Of a stretch of 64,000 nucleotides of DNA, positions 1 to 11,691 are shown piece after piece. Source of the DNA: Eledone cirrhosa (taxonomy: Eukaryota). Position 1 is the first letter of the stretch. Each line of letters begins with the position of its first letter. Location of the stretch: contig OZ024741.1 of assembly GCA_964016885.1 (NCBI GenBank), forward strand, positions 6,510,001 to 6,574,000, given 5' to 3'. The notes beneath the pieces were generated by a model. That model was given only the letters and a program-made list of their open reading frames with translations. It was not told the origin of the DNA and did no database searches. Made by a program: the position numbers and the translations under genes.

Positions 1-3000
1 CTATCGGCCAGGTCAAATCGGCCGAGTAACCCCTTGAGGCTGTTGCACCCCTCTCTATCGGGACATACCCCTGCATAGTCCCAACGTGCATCCAGGATAC
101 CATTCCAATCCCCCACTAAAAGCAGGGAACGGGACGTCCCTAGAAAAGACTCCAGACGCTGGAAAAAGTCGAGCCGCTCAGTCCCAAAAGGGGCATATGC
201 GGCTACCAGCCTAAAGGCTCTACCTTCACCACTGCCAAGGTCCAGCACCACCAGTCGACCCCAGGGACTTTTTAAGTTGTCCAGAAATGCTCATTCATGG
301 TTGGCTATTCAGACCACAAGTTAGTGACCTGCATAGTCCACCTTGATAGAACGCATAGGCAGGGACCCGGTTACTGGAAGCTCAACTTGTACTTACCGGT
401 AAGTAGAGCTTACAGGGACCGGATTAGAACCTTAGTTAAGGAGCGGTTGACGGGTGCCATCGTCAGCAGCAGGTGGTGGGGCTCTCTGAAAAGAGAGATT
501 AGAGTAGTTTCAATAGGAGTTAATAAGGAGTAAGCCTCAGATAGAAATAGGAAGGAAAGGGAGTTAGTAGTTAATGTTGAAGAGGCAATTAGAAGCGGCA
601 ACGTGGCCAGAGTGCAAGCGTCGAGAACGGTCTTGAACCAGTTCTTCGACGCGAAACACGAAGGCTGCGTTGTCCGAAGCAAAATACGTGCTCTGGGAAA
701 CGAGGGGACCAAAGCTGTTAGCTGGGCCCGCGTGACAGAAGCGAAAAGTGGGATTAAATCCACTATCCGGTCTTTGCGAGACCAGGATGGACGGCTGATC
801 CTTGAACCTAAGCAAAAGTGCGAGGCCTTTCAAAGGCACTTTGCCTGATTGTTCGGGAGGGGCGGGGGGCAGGTTGGGGATGTGCATTTCGGTCCATACC
901 TCGACGGCCTGCCGCGTCTTTCAGACGAGGAGGCGAAGTCCTGCAACAGGCCGATCTCAGCTGCTGAAATAGGGGACGTGCTAAGCCTATGCAGCAAACG
1001 CAAATCTCCAGGCCTCGATGGTCTGCCCTACGAACTATATATTAATATGCCGGACTTGTTCCCCGATCTCCTCGAGGCGGTCTACTGCAACTGGCAACAG
1101 AACGGGAGAATTCCCTGTTCTGTGACCAAGGGCGTAGTCACGCTAGTGAGGAAGGACGAGAACAAGGGGGATGACATTAGTAATTTTAGGCCCATAACTC
1201 TGCTAAATGCAGAGTTAAAGGTTTTGGCCAAGGTGTTAGCGAAGAGGCTGGCGCTTGTCGTGGGGGGCCTGGTGGGAGATGCGCAGACATGCGCTATCCC
1301 GTCCAGGTCCATCTACGACAACCTCCACCTCATGCGATACATCATAGAGAGAGTTGGGAACGAACCTGACTTTGGTGGGGCCCTGATCAATTTAGATCAG
1401 TCTAAAGCTTTTGATAGAGTGGACCATGGTTACCTGGATGCGGTGCTAGTGGCGGCTGTTTTCAGGGGCTAGATCACTGCCATGCATAGCATCCCATCTG
1501 CTCTAGAGTCAAGGTGAATGGCTACCTCTCGGAGCAGTTCGAAATCACCCGCTCCATCCGACAGGGGTGCCCTCTCTCTTCCCTTCTGTATGTACTGGCT
1601 CTCAAGCCACTACTGCGGAAGTTGGAGTTGTTGCAGGGCATCCCTTTGGAACTGGGATTGCGCAAAGCAGTGTCGGCCTACGCCGATGACGTAACAGGTG
1701 TCGACCACCTCGGAAATCGGGGCAATCGGCACCTTACTGGAGGAGTATGAAAGGTTGACAGGGGCTAAGCTGAATCGGGACAAGTCAGTCGCTTTGGAAC
1801 TCAGCGAGTGGAGGGGCAAACCGATGCCGTCCGACGGTATCATTGGAAGGTGGACGGAGGGCCCGGTGAAGTTGCTTGGGGTCTGGTTCGGACCGGACCT
1901 CCTTGTGGAGAAAAACTGGGGTGAGGTTACGAATAGGATGTTTGCACTGACTCAGAAGTGGGCCGATTACAAACTATCCCTGAAAGGTCGGGCGGAGGTG
2001 GCGAACGCTTACATAGCGTCCGTCATCTATTACCGCTTGACTGTCGTGCCTTGCCAGGGTGAGATCCTCACCAAAATGGAGCACCTTGTCATTCTATAGA
2101 GGGCTGGTGGTTAGCAGGTGCGACGATGCCCTCGGAGAAACCCGAGGCATGGAGGAGGACGAACTGGCCAGCCTATTCGGTAGGACATTCGGCCCGGGAC
2201 CTATGGACAACTTCCAGAAGTCCTTGGCCTGGCAGTGCTACCGAGGGGCTCTGCCCATTTGGGATAAGCTCTACAGACATGGGCGCCCGGGTAGGGACCC
2301 CTCGAAAAAGATCTGTCCGAGATGTGTGCGCGACGAGGAAACCGTCACGCATGCATTGGTACACTGCCCCGGCGTTGCCAAACTTTGAGGCTATGTCGAA
2401 CGACTGCTGTCACAGGTGGGACCAATCAGCTTGACCACCGAGTCCATTATAACGATCAAGCCACTTCCCACCTTCAAAAATGAAGGAGAGGCGGTCTTCC
2501 TCTGTGTAATCATCATTATCATCACCGTTTTACATCCATTCTTCCACGCTAGCATGGGTTAGACGGGTTGTCTTGTTGTGGGCAGTTTCTGGTCGGCTGA
2601 CCATGCCTTGCTCATACAAGAACTGATTCTGGCTTGATTTCTACAGCTGGATGCCCTTCCTAACACCAACCTCATTTACAGTGAGTGGTGGGTGCTTTTT
2701 CGTGGCGCCTACACGTCCACTTTACAGTGTGGGCTGGGTGCTTTTTTGCTGTGGCACCTCCACGACTACCTTGCGGTGGGGGGTGTGGGGGCATATTGTT
2801 TATATGCTTCAGCATGTACCCATGGGAGGTCGGGTACTCTGTATTACTGCGTGACGCCAGAGGTCACAGTCGTGTGTCATCGCCTTTGAGAGGTGTAATT
2901 GGGTAAGGTCGGCTTTTATCACCTCATCCCAGGTCTTCTTGGGTCTCCCGACTCCGCGGTTTCCATTGACTTCTAGTGCTCTGCACCTTTTTATGAAGCT

Positions 3001-5368
3001 GTTATCCTTCATACGCATCACATGTCCATACGAACGTAACCGCCTCTCCTGCACACAGCATTTGATTCCTCTTATGCTCAGTCTCTCTCTCAGTTCATCT
3101 ATGCTTTGTCGTTCACGTATATTACTATTACACATCCATCGGAGCATGCAGGCTTCGTTTCTCTCTAATCTACGTAAGTCTTCCACCTTCAGCGCCTAGA
3201 TCTCACTACCATGTAACATTGCTGTTCGGATACACGCATCACACAGCCTGCCTTTCATTTTGAGGGAGAAGCCTTTTGCAGCTAGTAGTGGTAGTAGTTC
3301 CCTGAACTTCTTCCCTCCCGTTCTTACCCTAGTTATTGTACTTTCTGAACACCCACCTCCGCTGCTAATTCGGTCACCTAGGTAGCAGAAGCTGTCTACT
3401 GTCTCTACAGAGCCCTCCCAGAGATTGGTGGTACTTGTTTCCTGTGGCTGTTTGCTGCTTGCTGTCCCAGTACAGCTGCTACATGTGAAGCCTACATTCT
3501 TAATTAAGCTTCCTGAGATCCCGCTACATCTCTTGTGTACCCATTGTTTGCATTTGGAGCAGAGAATGGAGTTCCTACCTACACCTTTCCTACATACTGA
3601 GCAAGGCCATTTTCCTGAGGGGATCTGGGTTCTGTCTTCTCGTCTACTTACAAAGACCTTAGTCTTTGTCATGTTGACTTTGAGACCCTTTCTTTCTAGT
3701 CCCTGCTTCCAAGTTTGGAATTTCTTCTCTAGTTCTACCATAGATTCAGCTATAAGTGCGAGGTCATCAGCATACAGGAGTTCCCATGGGCATCCGGTCT
3801 TAAACTCCTCCGTTATTGCCTGCATGACTATGATGAACAGGAGAGGGCTAAGAACAGAGACCTGGTGGACCTCAACCTGTACGCTAAATTCCTCGCTATA
3901 CTCATTGCTAATCCTAACTTTGCTGACTGCTCCCCTATACATGGCTTGTACAGCTTTCACAAGCCATTCATGTACTCCTAGTTTTCTAAGAGCCCACCAG
4001 ATTACAGCACGTGGAACTCTGTCAAAGGCTTTCTCGAGATCGACGAATGCCAGGTAGAGTGGCTTACTTTTAGCTAGGTACTTTTCCTGTAACTGCCTCA
4101 CAAGGAAGAGGGTATCAGTGGTGCCTCTTCCTGGTACAAACCCAAATTGCATCTCATCTAGTTTCACCCAGTCCCTAATCAACTGTGCTATAACTCTTTC
4201 TGTTACTTTCATGACCTGGTCCATCAGCTTTATACCTCTATAGTTTCCTCTATCGAGTGCATCACCTTTACCTTTGTAGCAGTCGACAATGATGCTACTG
4301 CACCAATCTTTTGGTATGACACCTTCTAGTATTACCTGGTTAACAATACGTGTGGTTATAGTGTGACCTACAGACCCAGGTGCCTTCAGCATCTCGGCAG
4401 CTATACCCTATGAACCGGTTGCCTTCCCCATCTTCATATCTTTGATTGCCTTACTTACTACGCTGCTGCTGACTTGTACTGCTGGCCCCTCTATAGGGTC
4501 TACTTGGGGTAGGGTCTCTTCTTCCCATACATTCTCCTCAATTAGTAATCTATCATAATGGCTCTTCCATGCATCTTTCTTCTCAGCACTTGTGAGGGCA
4601 AGCTCACCTTTATCATTCCGGATACACTTCTCTCCAATGACATCACAATTCTCTCTGACACACTGCCTCGCAATCTTGAACACCCTGTTTCTGGTCCTCA
4701 CGTTGCAAAACATGCTTGAATTTTCTATCCTCTGCTTCCCTCCTAGCTAAGTATACTTGTCGCCTAGCTTCCCTCTTGGTCTCTATGTAATGTACCCTGC
4801 TCCCCCCGTTCTTCCATTCTTTCCATGCCTGTCTCTTGGCCTTAACTGCCTCATCTACCTTAATCTACCTTATTGTTCCACTATAATAGCCATGGTAAAA
4901 GAGGTAGTATGGTGGACGCATCTAAAAGGGCTGAGGTCGGACACTTTTCCTTCCAGCCAACAACTAGTCCTTTTCTTCCTATACCATTTCGGAAGAAGGA
5001 TCAGGATGGAGAGAGAGGTGCTCCATCCCAGCCAGTTTTATGAAAGGTGGGTGAAAGTTGCGAGAATGGCCCGTGTGAATGGGCCTTCTCTCTACCTCAG
5101 CCTGTAGGTGGAACAGAAAGAAGGGAGCACCCTCTCTTTGTGCTCCCGTGGAGAAGGGTCGCACACTTTTTTTCGGGGGTGTGTGTGACCCCAAAACGTT
5201 CCCTCCCTATTGAGGACCTTCTTGTTATTATTTTGTTTGTTATATTTTTCTTACTCGATTTTCATGTAAACTCCCCCCACCCATGTACATGTCCCTTTCT
5301 TTTGTGCCCTAGTGGCAAATAAACAGAAATCTGTCTGTCTGTCTGTCTGGCTGTCTGTCTGTCTGTCT
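1..5368 (+). mobile_element. L1/Tx1-clade non-LTR retrotransposon, copy 1 (decayed; 1-262 inverted EN segment, forward 263-2510 and 4884-5368, interrupted by an RTE)
   Basis: Fragmented ORF2 (SDHK, GPGYWKLN, KSPGLDGLP, LDQSKAFDRVDH, RQGCPLS, YADDV, CPRC..HALVHC) colinear with 7951-10980. It has stops, frameshifts and a ~320-bp deletion near 2084. 1-262 is the reverse complement of ~7590-7850. Same 3' UTR as copy 2 and a (CTGT)n tail at 5330-5368. Confidence 0.93.
2511..4883 (-). mobile_element. RTE-clade LINE, 5'-truncated, with PHD finger in the RT, nested in Tx1 copy 1
   Basis: ORF pieces 4408-4713, 3196-4392, 2809-3186 ([56 protein letters not shown]). 3' end ...AACCCATGCTAGCGTGGAAG...(ATG)n on the minus strand. 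TAAT present on both sides (2507-2510, 4884-4887). Confidence 0.92.
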
Positions 5369-5543
5369 GAGGATAGTAGACGTGTGTCATATCGCTCTGT
5401 GATTTGGATTTTTACCTGCTATTTTTGTGAGTGGATTTTTTTGAATTCTTTTGTATTATTAACTCTAACCCCTAGTCTGGGACTCTAGACGTCGGGTAAA
5501 TATATTTTCACCCCTTTTGGGGTGAAAAATAAATATTTCAGAA

Positions 5544-7298
5544 ATGTTTATCGATATCGTTGATAACGATATCGTCGAAAACGATATCGCCATATTGGAA
5601 GCGAACGCCACGCCGACCAAAAAAACAAGCGGGAAAGAGGGAACAACAGTTCAAACTGTTGAACAGCCCCTCCTCTCCAATGAAAAAAAAAAGAATTTCA
5701 ATTCAAATGAAAAAATTAATTTTCAAGAAAAAAATAACACCACAAATAAGGAAACCAACAACATTACAACAACAAACAAAGACAAATTTTCTTTTGCCCA
5801 AACACTCAGGAGAGCCACGGAATACAAAGCCATTGACATCACGAACGCCAAGGAAAATTTGCTAGAGGCTAGAAAATACGTATCTTTTGGGGAGGATGGT
5901 TCTTTTACGATCAACTCCCCAGAAGAAGTGCGTCAACAGATTTACAAGAATACCGTAACCTACAGAACCATAACCAACGAAACGAGAAAGCCAGCGCAAT
6001 TGACCGAAAGTCAAATCGAGCTGGTTCTGAAAGAAATTAAAAATGACATACTCTTTATTCAAAGAGGAAAGCTGTATGCCAGCATTATGGTCCGAATGAA
6101 GGACGAAATGCTGGCTCAGAAATATTCGGTGGCACCTATAGTGTCACCACAATACACCTTCTTCCCCACATATAAAGGAAGAAGAACACAAAGGATAAGA
6201 ATGTGGAGCCCTACGCCAGAAATTAACATCTGGTCCGTCCTAACAGGATTTACCGACCTAGATAAGGACATACTCATTTCAGCAGGGGAGTCCACCAGTG
6301 GACTGTTCGGGGGGAAAAGTCTGGAGGTTCTCTTACAGATGACACCTGAGAGAATCTCCGGAATACCCGACCGAGTGCTACTGGATGGGCGAACCTACAT
6401 AAATATCACAGTGGAAGGCAGGAGACCCTCATGTTACCACTGCGCTGGCAGAGGTCACCTGAGGACGGCCTGCCCTCTACTAACAACAAAAAAACCACTG
6501 CTACAAACACCACAACAACAAAAAAAACAACCAGCACCACCATCACAAAAACAACAAAATACACTACCATCACCACCAGAACAACAAAAACCAACAACAC
6601 CACCACCACCACAACAACAACAACATCAACAACAGCTCAAGAAAACAACCCAAAACACGGTCCCACCCAGCCCCATCCCACAGAACACAAATACAAAAAC
6701 AGTTCATACACAACCCGGAGATATACCCCTCCCCTCCAATACGGAAGAGGAGCTCATATCGTCGGAAGACGAGGGGGCTCCCTTCCAAAAAGTGAAAAGA
6801 AAAAAACGTACACACACCACACAAACAAAAATAACCCCACCTGACAACACAACACAGACAATAAAACGCAAACTCACTCAACAACAACAAGCAAAAACAA
6901 ACACAACAACACAAAAACTCTACACATACATAAACAAAAACAATGAAAACCTAACTTTAAAAATAGAAACCAACCCTTCGATACAAACCGAAGGGCCGAA
7001 TTTCGTAACTGCAATGGGGCTCCCTAACCTTAAAATGGTGAAAATCCCACTTGACATTTTCAAAACTTTAAAAGACATGTACCCTGAGGACGTGGGCCCA
7101 CCCTGCACCAGGCCACTCAACCGCGTCCTCCTGAAAGGTTTTCCCCTCCCCTCCTCAAACACCCACACAACTCCAAAGATCCCAACCCCTCCACACACTA
7201 ATACCCCCACACCACCACAAACCACCACCCCACCCATCAACCCCTCCACCAGCCCCATGGAAACTGAGCGACCCGAACCCCGGGACGCAGAGAGGTAA
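5544..7298 (+). CDS. Tx1/L1 ORF1 nucleic-acid-binding protein (584 aa) with CCHC zinc knuckle
   Basis: Uninterrupted ORF. CYHCAGRGHLRTAC is CX2CX4HX4C. Basic FQKVKRKKR patch and P/Q/T-rich tail. Ends 23 bp before the ORF2 ATG. Confidence 0.88.
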   Translation: MFIDIVDNDIVENDIAILEANATPTKKTSGKEGTTVQTVEQPLLSNEKKKNFNSNEKINFQEKNNTTNKETNNITTTNKDKFSFAQTLRRATEYKAIDITNAKENLLEARKYVSFGEDGSFTINSPEEVRQQIYKNTVTYRTITNETRKPAQLTESQIELVLKEIKNDILFIQRGKLYASIMVRMKDEMLAQKYSVAPIVSPQYTFFPTYKGRRTQRIRMWSPTPEINIWSVLTGFTDLDKDILISAGESTSGLFGGKSLEVLLQMTPERISGIPDRVLLDGRTYINITVEGRRPSCYHCAGRGHLRTACPLLTTKKPLLQTPQQQKKQPAPPSQKQQNTLPSPPEQQKPTTPPPPQQQQHQQQLKKTTQNTVPPSPIPQNTNTKTVHTQPGDIPLPSNTEEELISSEDEGAPFQKVKRKKRTHTTQTKITPPDNTTQTIKRKLTQQQQAKTNTTTQKLYTYINKNNENLTLKIETNPSIQTEGPNFVTAMGLPNLKMVKIPLDIFKTLKDMYPEDVGPPCTRPLNRVLLKGFPLPSSNTHTTPKIPTPPHTNTPTPPQTTTPPINPSTSPMETERPEPRDAER

Positions 7299-7321
7299 GT
7301 GCCTCTTTCTTTGCCACCAAC

Positions 7322-10300
7322 ATGGCTGTCTTAAGAGTAGGTTGTCTAAATGCGCGTGGCCTGGGCTCACCTTGGAATCAAGCTAAACTTCTAAGTGACC
7401 TCAGGTCACAATGTGTAAATGTGATGGTTATTTGCGAGGCCCGGATCAGCAGCATGCGACAGCTAACCCCCACCTTTGATGACTTTGAGATGCACGCATC
7501 TCTCTGTCAGCCTGGAGGTGGGGGTGGGGTTGTCGTTCTGCTGCAAAAACATCTGGGTCTCGCTACACAGACGGTACACTTGGACCCGGAGGGTCGACTC
7601 GTGGTTCTGGACCTTGGCAATGGAGAAGGCGAAGCTTTTAGGCTTGTCGCCGTATACGCCCCTTTTGGGGCAATGCGGTCGGACTTCTTCCATCGTCTGG
7701 AGACTTTTCTAGGGATGTCCCGCTCCTTGCTTTTAGTGGGGGACTGGAATGGTATCCTAGATGCACGTTGGGACTATGTAGGGGCATGTCCCGATAGAGG
7801 GGGTGTAACAGCCTTAAGGGGTTAATCGGCCGATTCGACCTGGCCGATAGATACCGACTAGATTTTCCGACTGTACCAACCTGGACCTGGTCAAATAACA
7901 GTGGTCAATCTAGATCGTACCTAGATAGGTTCTTAGTTAGAATTAAGGATAGGGACTTTTTAAGTTGTCCAGAAATGCTCATGGTGGGCTATTCAGACCA
8001 CAAGTTAGTGACCTGCGTAGTCCACCTTGATAGAACGCATAGGCAGGGGCCCGGTTACTGGAAGCTCAACTTGTCCTTACCGGCAAGTAGAGCTTACAGG
8101 GACCGGATTAGAACCTTAGTTAGGGAGCAGTTGACGGGCGCTATCGTCAACAACAGGTGGTGGGGCTCTCTAAAAAGAGAGATTAGAGTAGTTTCAATAG
8201 GAGTTAGTAAGGAGTTAGCCTCAGATAGAAATAGGAAGGAAAGGGAGTTGGTAGTTAATGTTGAAGAGGCAATGAGAAGCGGCAACGTGGCCAGAGTGCA
8301 AGCGTCGAGAACGGTCTTGAACCAGTTCTTCGACGCGAAACACGAAGGCTGCGTTGTCCGAAGCAAAATACGTGCTCTGGGAAACGAGGGGACCAAAGCT
8401 GTTAGCTGGGCCCGCGTGACAGAAGCGAAAAGTGGGATTAAATCCACTATCCGGTCTTTGCGAGACCAGGATGGACGGCTGATCCTTGAACCTAAGCAAA
8501 TGTGCGAGGCCTTTCAAAGGCACTTTGCCCAATTGTTCGGGAGGGGCGGGGAGCCGGTTGGAGATGTGGATTTCGGTCCATACCTCGACGGCCTGCCGCG
8601 TCTTTCGGACAGGGAGGCGAGGTCCTGCGACGGGCCGATCTCAGCTGCTGAAATAGGGGACGTGCTGAGCCTATGCGGCAAACGCAAATCTCCAGGACTC
8701 GATGGTCTACCCTACGAACTATATATTAATATGCCGGACTTGTTCCCCGATCTCCTCGAGGCGGTCTACTGCAACTGGCAACAGAACGGGAGAATTCCCT
8801 GTTCTGTGACCAAGGGCGTAGTCTCGCTAGTGAGGAAGGACGAGAACAAGGGGGATGACATTAGTAATTTTAGGCCCATAACTCTGCTAAATGCAGAGTT
8901 AAAGATTTTGGCGAAGGTGTTAGCGAAGAGGTTGGCGCTTGTCGTGGGGGGCCTGGTGGGAGATGCGCAGACATGCGCTATCCCGTCCAGGTCCATCCAC
9001 GACAACCTCCACCTCATGCGATACATCATAGAGAGGGTTGGGAACGAACCCGGCTTTGGTGGGGCCCTGATAAATTTAGATCAGTCTAAAGCGTTCGATA
9101 GGGTGGACCATGGTTACCTGGATGCGGTGCTAGCGGCGGCTGGGTTCGGACCCGTTTTCAGGGGCTGGATCACTGCCATGCACAGCAGCCGCATCTGCTC
9201 TAGAGTCAAGGTGAACGGCTACCTTTCGGAGCCGTTCGAAATCACCCGCTCCATCCGACAGGGGTGCCCTCTCTCCTCCCTTCTGTATGTGTTAACTCTC
9301 GAGCCATTACTGCGGAAGTTGGAGTTGTTGCAGGGCATCCCTTTGGAACCGGGATTGCGCAAAGCGGTGTCGGCCTACGCCGATGACGTAACAGTAATGG
9401 TGTCGACCGCCTAGGAAATCGAGGCAATCGGCACCTTACTAGAGGAGTACGAAAGGTTGACAGGGGCTAAGCTGAACCGGGACAAGTCAGTCGCTTTGCA
9501 ACTCGGCGACTGGAGGGGCAAAGCGATGTCGTGCGACGGTATCGTCGGACGGTGGACGGAGGGCCCGGTGAAGTTGCTTGGGGTCTGGTTCGGACCGGAC
9601 CTCCAGGTGGAGAAAAACTGGGGTGAGGTGACGAATAGGGTGTTTGCACTGACCCAGAAGTGGGCCGAGTGCAAACTATCCCTAAAAGGTCGGGCGGAGG
9701 TGGCGAACGCTTACATAGCATCCGTCATCTATTACCGCTTAACTGTCGTGCCTTGCCCGGGTGAGATCCTCGCCAAAATGGAGCGCGCCCTCTTTTATTT
9801 CCTTTGGAAGAAGAGGTCTCCTCTAGTGAGGAGATCCATCTGCTGTCAACACCCTTTGAAAGGAGGGCTGGGGTTGCCGTGGCTAAAAATGCGTAAACAC
9901 GCATTGAGGCTAAGGCACCTCCACGTATTCCTCACCGGTCAACCGGTGTGGGCCCCGTTTGTGAGGCGAGCCTTCCCGAGGCTCGTCTCGCTCACCGAGC
10001 TGCAGTCCTGGGTGAAGCAAAGACCGAGAAAACTGGGCGACTGGCACACCGAGTGTGCCCAGGCGCTCACGGCTCTCTGGCAGGCGGACCCGGCTATCGA
10101 CGGAGACTCCACCTCGTCATTCTATAGAGGGCTGGTGGTTAGCGGGTGCGACGACGCCCTCGGAGAAGCCCTAGGCATGGAGGAGGACGAACTGGCCAGT
10201 CTATTCGGTAGGACTTTCGGCCCGGGACCTATGGACAACTTCCAGAAGTCCTTGGCCTGGCAGTGCTACCGAGGGGCTCTGCCCGTTCGGGATAAGCTCT

Positions 10301-10758
10301 ACAGACACGGGCGCCCGGGTAGGGACCCCTCGAAAAAGATCTGTCCCAGATGCGTGCGCGACGAGGAAACCGTCGCGCACGCATTGGTGCACTGCCCGGG
10401 CGTTGTCGATCTGTGGGGCTATGTCGAACAACTGCTGTCACGGGTGGGACCAATTAGGTTGACCACCGAGTCCATTGTAACGATCAAGCCGCCTCCCCCC
10501 TTCAAAAATGAAGGAGAGGCGGTCTTCCTCTGTGTAATAGCCATGGTAAAAGAGGCTATATGGTGGACGCGTCTGAAAGGGCTGAGGTCGGACACCTTTC
10601 TCTCCGGCCAACAACTGGTCCTTTTCTTCCGATACCATTTCGGAAGAAGGATCAGGATGGAGAGAGAGGTGCTCCACTCCAGCCAGTTTTATAAAAGGTG
10701 GGTGAAAGTTGCGAGAATGGCCCGTGTGAATGGGCCTTCTCTCTACCTCAGCCTGTAG
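7322..10758 (+). pseudogene. Tx1/L1 ORF2 (APE endonuclease + RT + C-terminal zinc finger), ~1145 codons with two lesions
   Basis: CLNARGL, VYAP, GDWN, SYLDR, SDH (APE); QGCPLS, YADD (RT); CPRC-x8-H-x4-C. A 1-bp deletion in the G run 7799-7803 and a TAG at 9412-9414; both positions are intact in copy 1. Confidence 0.92.
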
Positions 10759-10998
10759 GTGGAACAGAAAGAAGGGAGCACCCTCTCTGTGTGCTCCCGT
10801 GGAGAAGGGTCGCACACTTTTTTTCGGGGGTGTGTGTGACCCCAAAACGATCCCTCCCTATTGAGGACCTTCTTGTTATTATTTTGTTTGTTATATTTTT
10901 CTTACTCGATTTTTATGTAAACTCCCCCCACCCATGTACATGTCCCTTTCTTTTGTGCCCTAGTGGCAAATAAACAGAAATTTGTCTGTCTGTCTGTC

Positions 10999-11181
10999 GA
11001 CAGAGGTAGATGTGTATTAACGAGCTCTGTGTTTTACATTGGTTTTACCTTGTAAAGAGTGAGTTTGGGGATTTATTTTTCTATTGTGATATACTGTAAC
11101 CCCTCGTTTTATGTAAACTCCCCCCCCCCATGTATGTGTCCCTTTCTTTTGTGCCCTCGTGGCAAATAAACAGAAATTTGT
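10999..11181 (+). mobile_element. Mini Tx1 derivative: 5' UTR-like ~108 bp fused to the last ~75 bp of the 3' UTR
   Basis: Colinear blocks GTAGAyGTGT / GCTCTGTG / TTTTACCT / GTGAGT / ACTsTAACCCCT shared with 5369-5473. They are followed by TTTTATGTAAACTCCCCC...GTGGCAAATAAACAGAAAT as in 10911-10981. Confidence 0.78.
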
Positions 11182-11691
11182 ATCTTATATATCTCAACAA
11201 GGAAGATGAAAAAAACTTACCTCAACACTTAATTTTAAATCTTTAATTTTTAGTTTTTAATCCTTATTAATTCTTTTTAATTGTAATACTCAACATTTGA
11301 TAAGATGAATTTTACTAATATATCGAAACCGGTAAAACTTTATATACTTTATATACTTTATATACAATATATACGTTATATACTTTATATACTTTATATA
11401 CATCATATACTTTATATACTTTATATACATCATATACTTTATATACTTTATAAACATTATAAAATTCTTTTTTAAAAGAATTGTCCCTCTCAACATTTCA
11501 ACAATGTCACTTTGATGAATCAAAGAAAGGAAAAAAAAAGAAAAACAAACCCTTAAATATATTTTCCATGTGCTTAGTTTGCACATGCATTACATCCGGG
11601 GGCGTGTGTGTGTTTTTATTTATGTGTTTATTTACTTGTCACTAGTTGGTTGTTTGTTCTATGTGTGTGTTTGTATGTCTTCATTTTGTCC

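Larger units (their letters stand above)
5369..10998 (+). mobile_element. L1/Tx1-clade non-LTR retrotransposon, copy 2, apparently full length (~5.6 kb)
   Basis: 5' UTR, ORF1, ORF2 (APE-RT-zf), 3' UTR with AATAAA at ~10969, and (TGTC)4 tail. Confidence 0.95.

Noticed and set aside
7790-7830. Programmed frameshift (and TAG read-through at 9412) in Tx1 ORF2
   Set aside because: The sister copy has the extra base and a TCG codon at these sites, so these are mutations or sequence errors.
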